NCBI GenBank assembly: GCA_965220745.1
Contig: CBDCQT010000011.1
Coordinates: 256,001 to 320,000, forward strand
Origin: Alphaproteobacteria bacterium
GTDB lineage: Bacteria; Pseudomonadota; Alphaproteobacteria; UBA828
Direction of reading: 5' to 3'
DNA: 64,000 nt
Shown here in pieces: positions 18,704-30,607 of this stretch. The notes below the pieces were generated by a model. It saw only the letters and a list, made by a program, of their open reading frames with translations, had not been told where the DNA came from and did not search any database. Each line of letters starts with the position of its first letter. Within the stretch, counting starts at the first letter, position 1. The position numbers and the translations under genes were made by a program.

Positions 18704-20495
18704 AGCAAGCTCCGCTGTCGCGCGCCCGCAGGCCGTTGAGCTCGCGGAGCGGCCTGAGCGGCACTTCAGCGGCCTCGGGGTCTCCGCCGGCATCGCGGTA
18801 GGACCCGCGCATGTGGTCGAGCGCGGCCTCATCGACGTGCCGGAGTACCGCATCGAGGACGAAGCGATCGAGACCGAAATCGCGCGTTTTAGCGACGCCG
18901 TCACGCTTTCCGCATCGCAGATCCGCAACCTCCAGGCCCAGGCCGAGACTCTGCCGGAGGAGGTGGCCGGCCAGCTTCGCCACCTGCTCGATGCGCACCT
19001 GCTGATGCTGACGGGCTCGCGGCTCGTGCGTGGCGTCGAGGCCCGCATCCGAGACGCCCGCATCAACGCCGAGGCGGCAGTCCAGGTACAGCTCTCGGAA
19101 ATCGCGCAGGCCTTCGCCGTGATGGAGGACCCCTACCTCGCAGGCAAGATCGACGACGTGCGCGAGGCCAGCGCACGCCTCGTGCGAAACCTGACCCGTG
19201 CCGGCTATCAGGCTTTCTCTGGCCTGCCCCCCGGTACCATCGTCATCGCCGAGGAGATCACGCCGGCCGATACCGCGCTCATGGACCCCGCGCGCATCGG
19301 CGGCTTCGCCGCAGCGCTTGGCGGCGCCGAAGGGCATACCGCGATCATGGCACGCTCGCTCGGGTTGCCGGCAGTGCTCGGGGTGGCGGACCTCGCCGGC
19401 GCCGTACGCTCAGGCGACATCGTGGCTGTGGACGGTGTGCGCGGTGGGCTCGTGGTCAACCCCGACGAGACGACGATCGCGCGGCTCGAGCGCCGGCGCC
19501 GCGCGCTTGAGCGGCGCGAGCGCCAGCTCGCCCGGTTACGCGAAGTCGCGGCCGTCTCGTCCGATGGCGCGCGCGTGACCCTGCAATGCAACATCGAGCT
19601 GCCAAACGAGCTGCCGCAGGCACAGGAAGCGGGCGCCGAGGGCATCGGGCTCCTGCGCAGCGAGTTCCTCTACATGAACCGCGAGAAGCCGCCGAGCGAG
19701 GACGAGCAATACGTCGCGCTCAAGGAGATCGTCGCCGGCATGGAGGGAGCGCCAGTGACCGTGCGCACCCTCGATGTGGGTTCGGACAAGCTCGCCTACT
19801 CCCTCGGCGAGCACATCGCGCCGAGCGTCAATCCGGCGCTCGGGCTCCGCGCCATCCGCCTTTCGCTCAAGACGCCGGCATTGCTGGAGGCGCAGATCGC
19901 GGCGATCCTCCGCGCCGGTGCCCACGGGCCCGTGCGCATCCTCGTGCCGATGATCACCTCGGTGGAAGAGATCAGACATGTGCGGAAGGCGGTGGACAAG
20001 ATGGTCCGCCGGCTGACCCGCGCGCGCATACCGATTGCAGACGCGCCGCCGCTCGGCATCATGATCGAGACGCCGGGCGCGGCGCTCGCGGCCGATGCGC
20101 TGGCCAACGCCTGCGACTTTTTCTCGCTCGGTACCAACGACCTCACCATGTACACGCTCGCGATCGACCGCGGCGACGATCAGGTCGCGCACCTGTACGA
20201 CCCTCTCCATCCCGCAGTGCTCCGGCTGATCCGCTTCACCACTGACGCGGCCCGGCGCGCCGAAATCCCGGTCAATCTCTGCGGCGAGCTCGCGGGCAAC
20301 CCGCGTTTCACCGCGATGCTGCTGGGCTTCGGCCTGCGCGATCTCTCCATGGCGCCACCGAACGTGCCGCGCGTGAAGCAACGCATCCTCGCGCTCGACG
20401 CCGAAGCGGCAACGCGCCACGCGGAGGAGTTGCTGAGCCAATCCGAGGCCGGACGCATCGCGAAGCTGATCGACGCCTTTCCCGGCGACTCTTGA
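18693..20495 (+). CDS. ptsI: Phosphoenolpyruvate-protein phosphotransferase (Enzyme I, no GAF domain)
   Basis: GHTAIMARSLG, GIGLLRSEFL, RTLDVGSDK, NPALGLRAIR, GTNDLTMY, LCGELAG. Confidence 0.92.
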   Translation: MKTEASSAVARPQAVELAERPERHFSGLGVSAGIAVGPAHVVERGLIDVPEYRIEDEAIETEIARFSDAVTLSASQIRNLQAQAETLPEEVAGQLRHLLDAHLLMLTGSRLVRGVEARIRDARINAEAAVQVQLSEIAQAFAVMEDPYLAGKIDDVREASARLVRNLTRAGYQAFSGLPPGTIVIAEEITPADTALMDPARIGGFAAALGGAEGHTAIMARSLGLPAVLGVADLAGAVRSGDIVAVDGVRGGLVVNPDETTIARLERRRRALERRERQLARLREVAAVSSDGARVTLQCNIELPNELPQAQEAGAEGIGLLRSEFLYMNREKPPSEDEQYVALKEIVAGMEGAPVTVRTLDVGSDKLAYSLGEHIAPSVNPALGLRAIRLSLKTPALLEAQIAAILRAGAHGPVRILVPMITSVEEIRHVRKAVDKMVRRLTRARIPIADAPPLGIMIETPGAALAADALANACDFFSLGTNDLTMYTLAIDRGDDQVAHLYDPLHPAVLRLIRFTTDAARRAEIPVNLCGELAGNPRFTAMLLGFGLRDLSMAPPNVPRVKQRILALDAEAATRHAEELLSQSEAGRIAKLIDAFPGDS

Positions 20496-20613
20496 GGCCG
20501 CGACCACCGCTGGGTGGCAAGCCAGCTTGCTCCTGTTGTGAGGCCCCGGCGGCGGTGCTAAAAGCCGCGCCGGCAGTGGCACGGAAGCTGCTCCGGCGAG
20601 TAAGGAACCAAGA

Positions 20614-21909
<1,296 letters not shown>

Positions 21910-21967
21910 CGATAGGGCGCCGAGCGCCACGGCGAGCGAAAGCGCGACGCCGCGCGAGCCCCTCATC

Positions 21968-22441
21968 GTGCGCGCCGAGGCGTTGGCGGAGACCGAGAGG
22001 CTGGCGCAGGGCCTCGCCCCGCATGTGGCGTCGGGCGATGTGATCGGGCTCTGCGGGCCGCTCGGCAGCGGCAAGACCGCCTTCGCCCGGGCCTTCATCC
22101 GCGCGCGGCTCGGCCGGCCCGCGGAGGAGGTGCCAAGCCCCACCTTCACCCTGGTGCAGCTCTACGAGCACGAAGCGGGGGCGATCTGGCACTTCGACCT
22201 CTACCGCCTGAGCGCGCCGGAGGACGCCTACGAGCTCGGCGTCGAGGATGCGTTCGCAGGCGCGATTTCGCTGATCGAATGGCCGGAAAAGCTGGGCGCC
22301 ATGATGCCCGCCGACTGGCTTGAGGTGCGTCTCGCGCCGGGAGAGGACGAAGAGGCGCGGGTCATCACGATCGCTCCTCATGGTCCGCGAGGCGAGGTGC
22401 TAGCGGCGGCGCTCGCCCGAGACCTGGAGAGGGGGATGTGA
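21968..22441 (+). CDS. tsaE: tRNA t6A37 biosynthesis ATPase TsaE
   Basis: GPLGSGKT, SPTFTLVQLY, HFDLYRL, LIEWP; start approximate. Confidence 0.93.
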   Translation: MRAEALAETERLAQGLAPHVASGDVIGLCGPLGSGKTAFARAFIRARLGRPAEEVPSPTFTLVQLYEHEAGAIWHFDLYRLSAPEDAYELGVEDAFAGAISLIEWPEKLGAMMPADWLEVRLAPGEDEEARVITIAPHGPRGEVLAAALARDLERGM

Positions 22442-23442
22442 GCGAGCGCGAGCGGCAGCGCAAGAGCTTCGCCGCGCGTGCGGGCTGGGGCGAGGCGGCG
22501 CACGCGGCACTGGCCGGCGACGCGTCCGCGCGGCATTACGAACGGCTCGTGAGGGGCGATGCAACGGCCGTGCTCATGGATGATCCGCCGCCGGGGCATT
22601 CCGTCGGTACTTTCGTGCGGATTGCGCGCCTGCTGCGCGGCATGGGCTACCGTGCGCCCGATATTCTCGCCGTCGACGAAGCGCAGGGGTTCGCCTTGCT
22701 GGAAGACTTCGGCGACGACAGCTTTTCGGCTCTGCTCGACGGGCCGAATGTCTCCTCCCTGGAGCGCACGCTCTACGAGGCGGCGACCGATTTCCTGATC
22801 AATCTCCACCGCCAGCCGGTGCCGCCCGACCTGCCCCGCTACGATCCCCATTGGATGCTGAGCGATGCTACGCTCTTCCTGGAGACCGCCATCAACGACG
22901 CGGTGGAGCCTGCGATGGCGGCAGAATTCGAAGCGGCGTGGCGAAAGCCGCTGGAAGCCACGATGCAAGGGCCGGCCGTGCTTTGCCTGCGCGATTTTCA
23001 CGCCGGCAACCTGATGTGGCTGGCGGCGCGGGGCGATGGCGGCTACGGCACGTCGGGGGTCGGCCGGATCGGGCTGCTGGATTTTCAGGATGCGCGCTTA
23101 GGCCCTGCGGCTTACGACCTAGTCTCGCTGCTGCAGGACGCGCGGCGCGATCTCGGTGCCGACTTGGAACGGGCGATGCTGGCGCGCTACCTCAACGCGT
23201 CGCCCGACCTCGACGAAAACCTGTTCCGCGCGGCCTACGCCATTCTCGGTGCGCAGCGTGCGGTGCGGATCATCAGCGTCTTCCATCGGCTCGCGCGGCG
23301 GGACGGCAAGCCCGCCTACCTCGCCCATTTGTCGCGGGTGTGGCGGCACCTCGACGCCAATCTCGCCCATCCCGCGCTCGCCCCGGTGCGAGCCTGGTTC
23401 GAGCGCTGGGTTTCTCCCGACACGCGGAGCCCCGCGCCATGA
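22438..23442 (+). CDS. Aminoglycoside-phosphotransferase-family kinase (AmgK-like anomeric MurNAc kinase)
   Basis: GDASARHY, LEDFGD, RDFHAGNL, LDFQDA, YDLVSLLQD; paired with MurU-like gene. Confidence 0.87.
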   Translation: MSERERQRKSFAARAGWGEAAHAALAGDASARHYERLVRGDATAVLMDDPPPGHSVGTFVRIARLLRGMGYRAPDILAVDEAQGFALLEDFGDDSFSALLDGPNVSSLERTLYEAATDFLINLHRQPVPPDLPRYDPHWMLSDATLFLETAINDAVEPAMAAEFEAAWRKPLEATMQGPAVLCLRDFHAGNLMWLAARGDGGYGTSGVGRIGLLDFQDARLGPAAYDLVSLLQDARRDLGADLERAMLARYLNASPDLDENLFRAAYAILGAQRAVRIISVFHRLARRDGKPAYLAHLSRVWRHLDANLAHPALAPVRAWFERWVSPDTRSPAP

Positions 23443-24182
23443 CCGCCCGGCCAACGCGCGGGATGGTGCTCGGAGCGGGCCTGGGCACGCGCATGGGCGC
23501 GCTCAGCGATACGGTTCCCAAGCCACTGGTTCCGGTCGCAGGCAAGCCCCTCATCGCCCACGCCCTGGAGAGCCTGGAACGGGCCGGCGTGAGCGACATC
23601 GTCGTCAACACCCACCACCTGGCGGCGCAAATCGAAGCCTTTCTCGCCGATTACGCTGACCGTCCCGGTGCGCCCCGCATCCAAGTCTCGCGTGAGGAAG
23701 AGCGGCTTGAGACCGGCGGCGGAGTCCGCCAGGCACTCCCGTGGCTCGGCGACGACGCGTTCTGCGTGGTGAACAGCGATGTCATCCTGGCCGAGAATGG
23801 CGCATCGGTGCTGCCGCGCTTGGCTGGGGCGTGGGACGGCGAGACAATGGACGTGCTCCTTCTCGTCTGTCCCCTCCCCCGCGCGCTGGGCTACGACGGT
23901 GCGGGCGACTTTTTCCGTCATGAGGACGGGCGGCTCAGCCGGCGCGGGGCGGCGCAGGCGGCGCCCTTCGTCTTCACCGGCACGCAGCTTCTGCACCCCC
24001 GTCTCTTTGTCGATGCACCAGCCGGCGCCTACTCGCTAAACCGCCACTATGACCAGGCAATCCTCACCGGCCGCCTGTTCGGGCTGGTGCATCGGGGTCA
24101 CATGCTTCACGTCGGCTCGCCGGAAGGGCTCGAAGCCGCGGAGCGCTATCTCGCGGGCGACCAGGGCGGACGGGCTGGATGA
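23439..24182 (+). CDS. Nucleotidyltransferase (MurU-like)
   Basis: LGAGLGTRM..PKPL, VVNTHH, LETGGG, NSD. Confidence 0.88.
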   Translation: MTARPTRGMVLGAGLGTRMGALSDTVPKPLVPVAGKPLIAHALESLERAGVSDIVVNTHHLAAQIEAFLADYADRPGAPRIQVSREEERLETGGGVRQALPWLGDDAFCVVNSDVILAENGASVLPRLAGAWDGETMDVLLLVCPLPRALGYDGAGDFFRHEDGRLSRRGAAQAAPFVFTGTQLLHPRLFVDAPAGAYSLNRHYDQAILTGRLFGLVHRGHMLHVGSPEGLEAAERYLAGDQGGRAG

Positions 24183-27163
24183 GCGCGGGCGTGCCCACCC
24201 TCTACACGGTGCCGCCCTATGTCTCGTTCGTGGACGCGCTGGCGGAAGGCCTGCTCGCCGGCCGGGTCACGGTGTTCGACCCGGACGACCCGCTGGCGCT
24301 GAGCCGGTTCACGATCCTGCTGCCCACGCGCCGCGCATGCCGGGCACTGCAGCTCGCCTTTCTCCGTGCAGCACCAGGACAGGCGCTGCTACTGCCGCGC
24401 ATCCGCCCCCTCGGCGACATCGACGAGGACGAGCCCAGCCTCGGCGACGAAGACGACGAGGCCCTGCCCGACGCCGTCTCGCCCCTGGAGCGCCGGCTCA
24501 TGCTTGCGCGCCTGATCCAGAGGCTCGGCGAGACACCGGGCGGGGCGGCGCTCACCGGTGCAGGCGCCGTGGACCAGTCCGCGCGGCTCGCACGCGCACT
24601 GGCAAGCCTCCTCGACGAGATTCAGATCGCCCGCGTCGACCCGCAGGGGCTCGCCTTTCTCGCGCCGGAGGAATACGCGGCTCACTGGCAGCAGGTGTTG
24701 CGCTTCCTCTCCCTCATCACCGACAACTGGCCCGCGATCCTGGCGGAGAGGGGCCTGATGGACCCCGCCGCGCGCCGCAACGCCCTGCTGGAAGCGCTCG
24801 CCGAACGGTGGGCTGAGACGCTGCCGGCGCATCCGGTGATCGCTGCCGGCTCCACAGGCAGCGTGCCAGCGACGCGCGATTTGCTAGCCGTGATCGCGCG
24901 CATGCCGCAGGGTGCCGTCGTCCTGCCGGGCCTCGACACGCAAGCGGACGATGAGACCTGGAAAGCGATCGGTCCCACCCATCCGCAATACGCGCTGAAG
25001 GGGCTGCTCGAACGCATCGGCGTCACACGCAGCGAGGTCGCGCCGTGGCCGGGCGGTGAGGCAGCGGGCACCGCCGCCACGCGCGCCCGCGCGCGGTTGA
25101 TGGCCGACGCCATGCGGCCGGCGGAGACCATTACCGCCTGGCGCACGCTGCCGGCGCCGGCACCCGACGCGCTTCGCGACATCCACCGGATCGATTGTGC
25201 AAGCCCGCAGGAGGAGGCGGGCGTCATCGCCATCGTCATGCGCCGCGCGCTGGAGACTCCGGGCCGCACCGCCGCGCTGGTGACGGCGGACCGCGCCCTG
25301 GCCCGCCGGGTTTCTGCAGAGCTTAGGCGCTGGAACATCGACGTGGACGATTCAGCTGGTGAGCCGCTGGGAGAGACGGCGCCCGGCGCCTTCCTGCGGC
25401 TCACCGCACGCATGATTGCCGAGCAGGCCGCGCCGGTCCCGCTGCTGGCCGCGCTGAAGCATCCGCTCGCGGCCGGCGGCCAAACGCCCACCACGTTCCG
25501 CCGTACCGTGCGGGCGATGGAGACGGCGATCCTGCGGGGCCCCCGGCCTGCGCCGGGCTTCGACGGCCTGCGGGCGGCGCTGAAGGAGCGTGACGCGGCC
25601 ATCCGCCCCTGGCTAGAAGGGCTGGAAGCCGCCGCCGCGCCCTTCGCCGCCCTCATGGCGCGGCCCGAGGCCGACGCGCGCAAACTCTTGCAAGCCCACG
25701 TCGAATTCGCGGAATGGCTCGCAGCCGCGGACGAGGAGGACGGGGCCGCACGGCTCTGGTCAGGCGAGGCCGGCGCGCAGGCGGCGCGCTTCGTCGCCGG
25801 GCTCTTGGAGGCAGCGCCGTCGCTGCCGCCGGTGGCGCCTGCCCACTATCCGGCGTTGCTCGATGCGTTGATGGAGGACCACGTGGTCCGCCCGCCCTTC
25901 GGCCGCCACCCCCGCCTGCAAATTTGGGGGCCGCTGGAGGCCCGCCTGCAGCACGCGGATTGCATGATCCTGGGCGGGCTGAACGAGGGGGTCTGGCCGC
26001 CGGCAGCTGCGGGCGACCCTTGGATGAGTCGCCCCATGCGCGCGGACTTCGGCCTGCCGCCTCCGGAGCTTCGCATTGGGCTCTCCGCCCACGACTTCGT
26101 TCAATGCTGCGGCGCGCAGGAGGTCTATCTGACGCGGGCACGGCGCATCGAGGGCACGCCGACCATCCCGGCGCGCTGGCTCCAGCGTCTCGATGCCTTG
26201 CTACCGAGTGGCTCCGAGGGTGCGGCAGCGCTGCGCACCATGGAGCCCACGCTACTCGCCTGGTGGGCGGCCCTGGACCGGCCGGCAGAGCCTTCCGGCC
26301 CCCGGCCTGCGCCCGCGCCTGCGCCGCCGGTTGCGGCGCGGCCCAGGCGGCTCTCGGTCACGCGCATCGAGACCTGGATCGCCGACCCCTATTCCATCTA
26401 TGCGCGGGACATTTTGCGACTGAAGGTCCTCGATCCCGTCGATGCAGACCCGAGCGCGGCGGAGCGCGGCAGCATCATCCACCAGATTCTGGATGCCTTC
26501 GTGCGCGAGCACCCGGACACGTTGCCCCCGGATGCCGAGGCGCGACTGCTGGCGCTGGGCCGGGAGCAGTTCGAAGCGGCCGGCGCGCGCCCCGGCGTGC
26601 TGGCCTTCTGGTGGCCCCGCTTCGAGCGCATCGCCCGCTGGTTTCTCGACACCGAACGGGCGCGCAGACCCGCGCTCCAGCCGCTCGCGACCGAGGTGAA
26701 CGGTGTCCTCGATCTGGAGGGGCCAGCGGGTCCTTTCCGCCTCACGGCGAAGGCGGACCGCATCGACCGCTCCGAAGCGGGCGCGCTGGAGATCATCGAC
26801 TACAAGACCGGCGGCATACCGCCAAAGAAGCATGTCACCGAAGGCCGGTGCCCGCAGCTTTCGCTGGAGGCGGCGGTCGCTCAGGCGGGCGGCTTCGCGG
26901 ATGTCGACGCGGCGGAGGTCGCGGCCCTCGCCTACTGGAAGCTGAGCGGTGCCGAGACCGCCGGCGAGATCACCGCGATCGGCGACGATGCGAGCGCGCT
27001 TGCGCAAGCGGCGGCGGACGGCCTGCGTGCGCTGGTCGCCCGCTTCGACGATCCGTCGACTCCCTATCACCCGGTGCCCCGACCGGCACTCTCCCTACGC
27101 TGGAACGACTATGCCCACCTCGCCCGGCACAAGGAGTGGTCGGTGCCTGGAGGCGACGTATGA
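24179..27163 (+). CDS. addB: Double-strand break repair protein AddB
   Basis: LLPTRRA, AGSTGS, GLNEGVWP, C-terminal PD-(D/E)xK ADRID..IDYKTG; coupled to addA. Confidence 0.93.
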   Translation: MSAGVPTLYTVPPYVSFVDALAEGLLAGRVTVFDPDDPLALSRFTILLPTRRACRALQLAFLRAAPGQALLLPRIRPLGDIDEDEPSLGDEDDEALPDAVSPLERRLMLARLIQRLGETPGGAALTGAGAVDQSARLARALASLLDEIQIARVDPQGLAFLAPEEYAAHWQQVLRFLSLITDNWPAILAERGLMDPAARRNALLEALAERWAETLPAHPVIAAGSTGSVPATRDLLAVIARMPQGAVVLPGLDTQADDETWKAIGPTHPQYALKGLLERIGVTRSEVAPWPGGEAAGTAATRARARLMADAMRPAETITAWRTLPAPAPDALRDIHRIDCASPQEEAGVIAIVMRRALETPGRTAALVTADRALARRVSAELRRWNIDVDDSAGEPLGETAPGAFLRLTARMIAEQAAPVPLLAALKHPLAAGGQTPTTFRRTVRAMETAILRGPRPAPGFDGLRAALKERDAAIRPWLEGLEAAAAPFAALMARPEADARKLLQAHVEFAEWLAAADEEDGAARLWSGEAGAQAARFVAGLLEAAPSLPPVAPAHYPALLDALMEDHVVRPPFGRHPRLQIWGPLEARLQHADCMILGGLNEGVWPPAAAGDPWMSRPMRADFGLPPPELRIGLSAHDFVQCCGAQEVYLTRARRIEGTPTIPARWLQRLDALLPSGSEGAAALRTMEPTLLAWWAALDRPAEPSGPRPAPAPAPPVAARPRRLSVTRIETWIADPYSIYARDILRLKVLDPVDADPSAAERGSIIHQILDAFVREHPDTLPPDAEARLLALGREQFEAAGARPGVLAFWWPRFERIARWFLDTERARRPALQPLATEVNGVLDLEGPAGPFRLTAKADRIDRSEAGALEIIDYKTGGIPPKKHVTEGRCPQLSLEAAVAQAGGFADVDAAEVAALAYWKLSGAETAGEITAIGDDASALAQAAADGLRALVARFDDPSTPYHPVPRPALSLRWNDYAHLARHKEWSVPGGDV

Positions 27164-30100
27164 TGGCCGCGCTCGCCGCAGGGATGACCCCGGCCCAGCA
27201 CAGGGCCTCGGACCCCGAAGCCTCGGTCTGGGTCGGGGCCTCGGCGGGCACCGGCAAAACCAAGGTACTGACGGACCGCGTGCTGCGCCTTCTGCTGGGC
27301 GGCACCGCGCCGGAACGCATCCTCTGCCTCACATTCACGCGAGCCGCCGCCGCCGAGATGGCGCTCAGGATTTCGAGCGAGCTCGCGCGCTGGACCGTCG
27401 CCGACGACGAGGCGCTGTCCGCGGCCCTGGCGGGACTGACGGGAGAGCAGCCGGTGCGCGCGACGCGCGACCTGGCGCGGCGTCTCTTCGCCACCGTGCT
27501 CGACGTCCCCGACGGCCTGAAAATCCAGACCATCCACGCCTTCTGCCAATCGTTGCTGCGGCGCTTCCCGCTGGAGGCGGGCGTTGCCCCCAACTTCGAG
27601 ATCGCCGACGAGCGCGTGAGCACCACGCTACTGGGCGCGGCGCGCGCGCGGCTTCTGAGCGCCGCCCGGCCCGGTGTCGACGACGCCCTCGCCTCGGCGC
27701 TCGCCGCCATGACCGCGGTCATCGGCGAAGAGAGTTTCGGCGCCGTGCTGGCGGACGTGAGCCGGGAGCGGGACCGCTTCGACGACCTGCTCAGGCGCTA
27801 CGGCGGTATCGCCGGCGCCGTGGCGGCGTTGCGTGTGCGCCTTGGCGTCGCGGACGGTGCGACGGCGGAGGGACTGCTCGCCGAGGCATGCGCAGAGGAT
27901 GCCTTCGACGGAGCGAGCCTGACCGGCGCCGCCCGCGCGCTCAAGGGCGGGACCGTGACGGACCAGCGGCGCGCAGGGACGATCGCGGCATGGCTAAACG
28001 CCGACCGCGAGGGGCGGATAGCGGGCTTCGCCGCCTATCGCCGCGCCTTCTTCGGCCAGAACGACGCACCTCTCCAGCGGCTCATCACCAAGAAGCTGGG
28101 CGACGCGCACCCGGAGGCAGCGGCGGCGCTCGCCCGCGAGCAGGAGCGGATCGGCGCGTTCGTGGAGCGTTGGAACGCCGCCCGCGTCGCCGAGAGCAGC
28201 GCCGCCCTGATCGAGGTCGCGGCCCGCCACCTCGGCTACTACGGGGCCGAGAAGGCGCGCCACGCCGTGCTCGACTACGGCGATCAGATTGTGAGGAGCC
28301 GCAGCCTGCTGGCCCGCGCGGGTATCGCACCTTGGGTGCTTTTCAAGCTCGACGGCGGCCTCGATCACCTGTTGATCGACGAGGCGCAGGACACGAGCCC
28401 GACCCAGTGGTCCGTGATCGCAGCGCTGGCGGAAGAGTTCTTCGCGGGCGAAGGCGCCCGCGCCGCGCCGCGCACCCTCTTCGCGGTCGGTGACGAGAAG
28501 CAGTCGATCTTCAGCTTCCAGGGCGCCGATGTCCGCGCGCTGGCCGACGCGCATCACAGGTTCCAAAGCCGGGCCGAGGCCGCAGAGAGGCCGTGGGAAT
28601 CGCTCCCCCTGGCCGAATCCTTCCGCTCGACCGGGGCGGTGCTCGCCGTGGTCGACGCCGTGTTCGCCCGGCCCGAGGCGCGCGCGGGCGTCACTGCCGA
28701 GGCGGTGCCGATCCGCCACCAGGTGCATCGCGCAGGTGCGGCCGGCCGGGTCGAGCTGTGGCCGCCCGTCATGCCGGAGAAGCGGGAACCGCCAAAGCCC
28801 TGGGCGCTGCCGGTGGAGCGCGAGGAGGCCGACGACCCGGCCGCGCATCTCGCCGTGCTTATCGCGGACCGTGTGGCCGGGTGGACGCAAGAGCCGGCGG
28901 CGGAAGGCAGCGACGGCTGGCTCCAGGCCCGCGGCCACCCGATCCGACCCGGCGACGTGCTGGTGCTGGTGCGCCGGCGCGGCCCCTTCGTCGATCACCT
29001 GCTGCGGGCCTTCAAGGCGCGCGGCGTGCCGGTGGCGGGGATCGACCGCATGGTGCTGACCGAGCAGCTCGCGGTCATGGACCTGATCGCGCTCGGCGAG
29101 TTCTGCCTGCTGCCGGGCGACGACCTGACGCTCGCCACGGTGCTCAAGAGCCCGCTGATCGGGCTCGACGAGGATGCGCTGTTCGCGCTTGCCCACGAGC
29201 GCGGCGATGCGAGCCTGTGGGCGACGCTCGCGCGTCGCCGCGGTGAGACCGAGGCATTTGCAAACGCTCACGAGGGCTTGGCTTCGCTCCGCAATGCTGC
29301 GGATACGATGGCGCCCTTCGAGTTCTACAGCGAGGTGCTGGGCGCGCGTGGCGGGCGGGCGGCGCTGCTCGGCCGTCTCGGCCCGGAATCCGGGGACGCC
29401 ATCGAGGAGTTCCTGGCGCTCGCGCTGGCTTACGGCCGCTCGCACCCGCCCTCGCTCCAGGGCTTCCTGCACTGGGTCCGGGACGGGCGCGCAGAGATCA
29501 AGAGAGACTTCGAGCAGGGCCGCGACGAGGTGCGGATCATGACCGTGCACGGCGCCAAGGGGCTGGAGGCGCCCGTGGTCTTCCTGCCGGATACCATGCG
29601 CAAGCCGAGGGGTCGGGACCCTTTGGTCTGGCTCGAGGAGGAGCGGGCGGACGGCGGCGTCGGCAGGGTCGAAGGCATGCTGTGGCCGGGCTGCGCAAGC
29701 CGGGAGGACCCGCTGACCCGCGAAGCCCGCGCCCAGGCCCGCACCGCCCAGGAGGAGGAATACCGCCGGCTCCTCTACGTCGCGATGACCCGTGCGGAAG
29801 ATCGGCTTTACGTCTGCGGCTGGCAAGGCCGGGACACGCCGCCCGATGATTGCTGGTACGCGCTGGTGCGCTCGGGGCTGGAGGACCTGGAGGGAGTCGA
29901 GCCGCCGGCGATACCGGAGGGCGGAGCGCCGGATGGCGCGGGCCTGGTCTACGCCGAGCCGCAGACCGCGCCGCTCCCCCCACGGGCCGAGCCCGCGGCA
30001 GAGGCCGATGCGCCCCCGCCCCTGCCGCCCGCGCTGCTGACGCCGCCGGCCGAAGAGCCGCCGGCGCCTCGCCCGCTCGCGCCCTCGCGCGCGCTCCCGG

Positions 30101-30606
30101 ACCCTGCGCCGCACTCACCGATCAACGCCATTGGTCAGAGCGCCCGTTTGCGCGGGATCGCCGCGCACAAGCTGCTGGAGCATCTGCCGGCGTTGGCGCC
30201 TGCGGACAGGCCGGCTGCCGCCCGCAGCCTGCTTGCGAGGCACGATCTCGACGACGGCGAGCGCGAGGCGCTGGGCGAGGCCATGATCGAACTCGTGGCA
30301 GACCCGGCGTTCGCCGCGCTCTTCGCGCCCGATGCCCTGGCCGAGGTGCCGATCAGCGCGGTCGTGGGCGACCGGGTGATCTCGGGCCAGATCGACCGGC
30401 TGCTGGTGGGCGAGCGGGAGGTGATCGCCCTCGACTACAAGACCGGCCGCGCCCCGCCCGACGACGATGCGGTGCCGGAGGCCTACCGGGTCCAGATGGA
30501 GAGCTACCGCGCGGCGCTGGCCGCCGTCTTCCCGGACCGCACGATCACCTGCGGCCTGCTTTTCGTCGACGCCCCCCGCCTGATCTGGATAACGGCAGAC
30601 GAGTAA
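27160..30606 (+). CDS. addA: Double-strand break repair helicase/nuclease AddA
   Basis: ASAGTGKT, LTFTRAAA, IDEAQDT, VGDEKQSIF, TVHGAKGLE, YVAMTRA, DYKT. Confidence 0.95.
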   Translation: MMAALAAGMTPAQHRASDPEASVWVGASAGTGKTKVLTDRVLRLLLGGTAPERILCLTFTRAAAAEMALRISSELARWTVADDEALSAALAGLTGEQPVRATRDLARRLFATVLDVPDGLKIQTIHAFCQSLLRRFPLEAGVAPNFEIADERVSTTLLGAARARLLSAARPGVDDALASALAAMTAVIGEESFGAVLADVSRERDRFDDLLRRYGGIAGAVAALRVRLGVADGATAEGLLAEACAEDAFDGASLTGAARALKGGTVTDQRRAGTIAAWLNADREGRIAGFAAYRRAFFGQNDAPLQRLITKKLGDAHPEAAAALAREQERIGAFVERWNAARVAESSAALIEVAARHLGYYGAEKARHAVLDYGDQIVRSRSLLARAGIAPWVLFKLDGGLDHLLIDEAQDTSPTQWSVIAALAEEFFAGEGARAAPRTLFAVGDEKQSIFSFQGADVRALADAHHRFQSRAEAAERPWESLPLAESFRSTGAVLAVVDAVFARPEARAGVTAEAVPIRHQVHRAGAAGRVELWPPVMPEKREPPKPWALPVEREEADDPAAHLAVLIADRVAGWTQEPAAEGSDGWLQARGHPIRPGDVLVLVRRRGPFVDHLLRAFKARGVPVAGIDRMVLTEQLAVMDLIALGEFCLLPGDDLTLATVLKSPLIGLDEDALFALAHERGDASLWATLARRRGETEAFANAHEGLASLRNAADTMAPFEFYSEVLGARGGRAALLGRLGPESGDAIEEFLALALAYGRSHPPSLQGFLHWVRDGRAEIKRDFEQGRDEVRIMTVHGAKGLEAPVVFLPDTMRKPRGRDPLVWLEEERADGGVGRVEGMLWPGCASREDPLTREARAQARTAQEEEYRRLLYVAMTRAEDRLYVCGWQGRDTPPDDCWYALVRSGLEDLEGVEPPAIPEGGAPDGAGLVYAEPQTAPLPPRAEPAAEADAPPPLPPALLTPPAEEPPAPRPLAPSRALPDPAPHSPINAIGQSARLRGIAAHKLLEHLPALAPADRPAAARSLLARHDLDDGEREALGEAMIELVADPAFAALFAPDALAEVPISAVVGDRVISGQIDRLLVGEREVIALDYKTGRAPPDDDAVPEAYRVQMESYRAALAAVFPDRTITCGLLFVDAPRLIWITADE

Positions 30607-30607
30607 T

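Noticed and set aside
20496-20613. Possible SAH/SAM riboswitch upstream of ahcY
   Set aside because: I could not find the conserved SAH riboswitch core (GAGGAGCG..CAGGCTC) by eye; an Rfam scan would settle it.
25714-27159. Apparent 480-aa N-terminal extension making AddA 1630 aa
   Set aside because: It overlaps addB in another frame; the real start is the coupled ATG at 27160.
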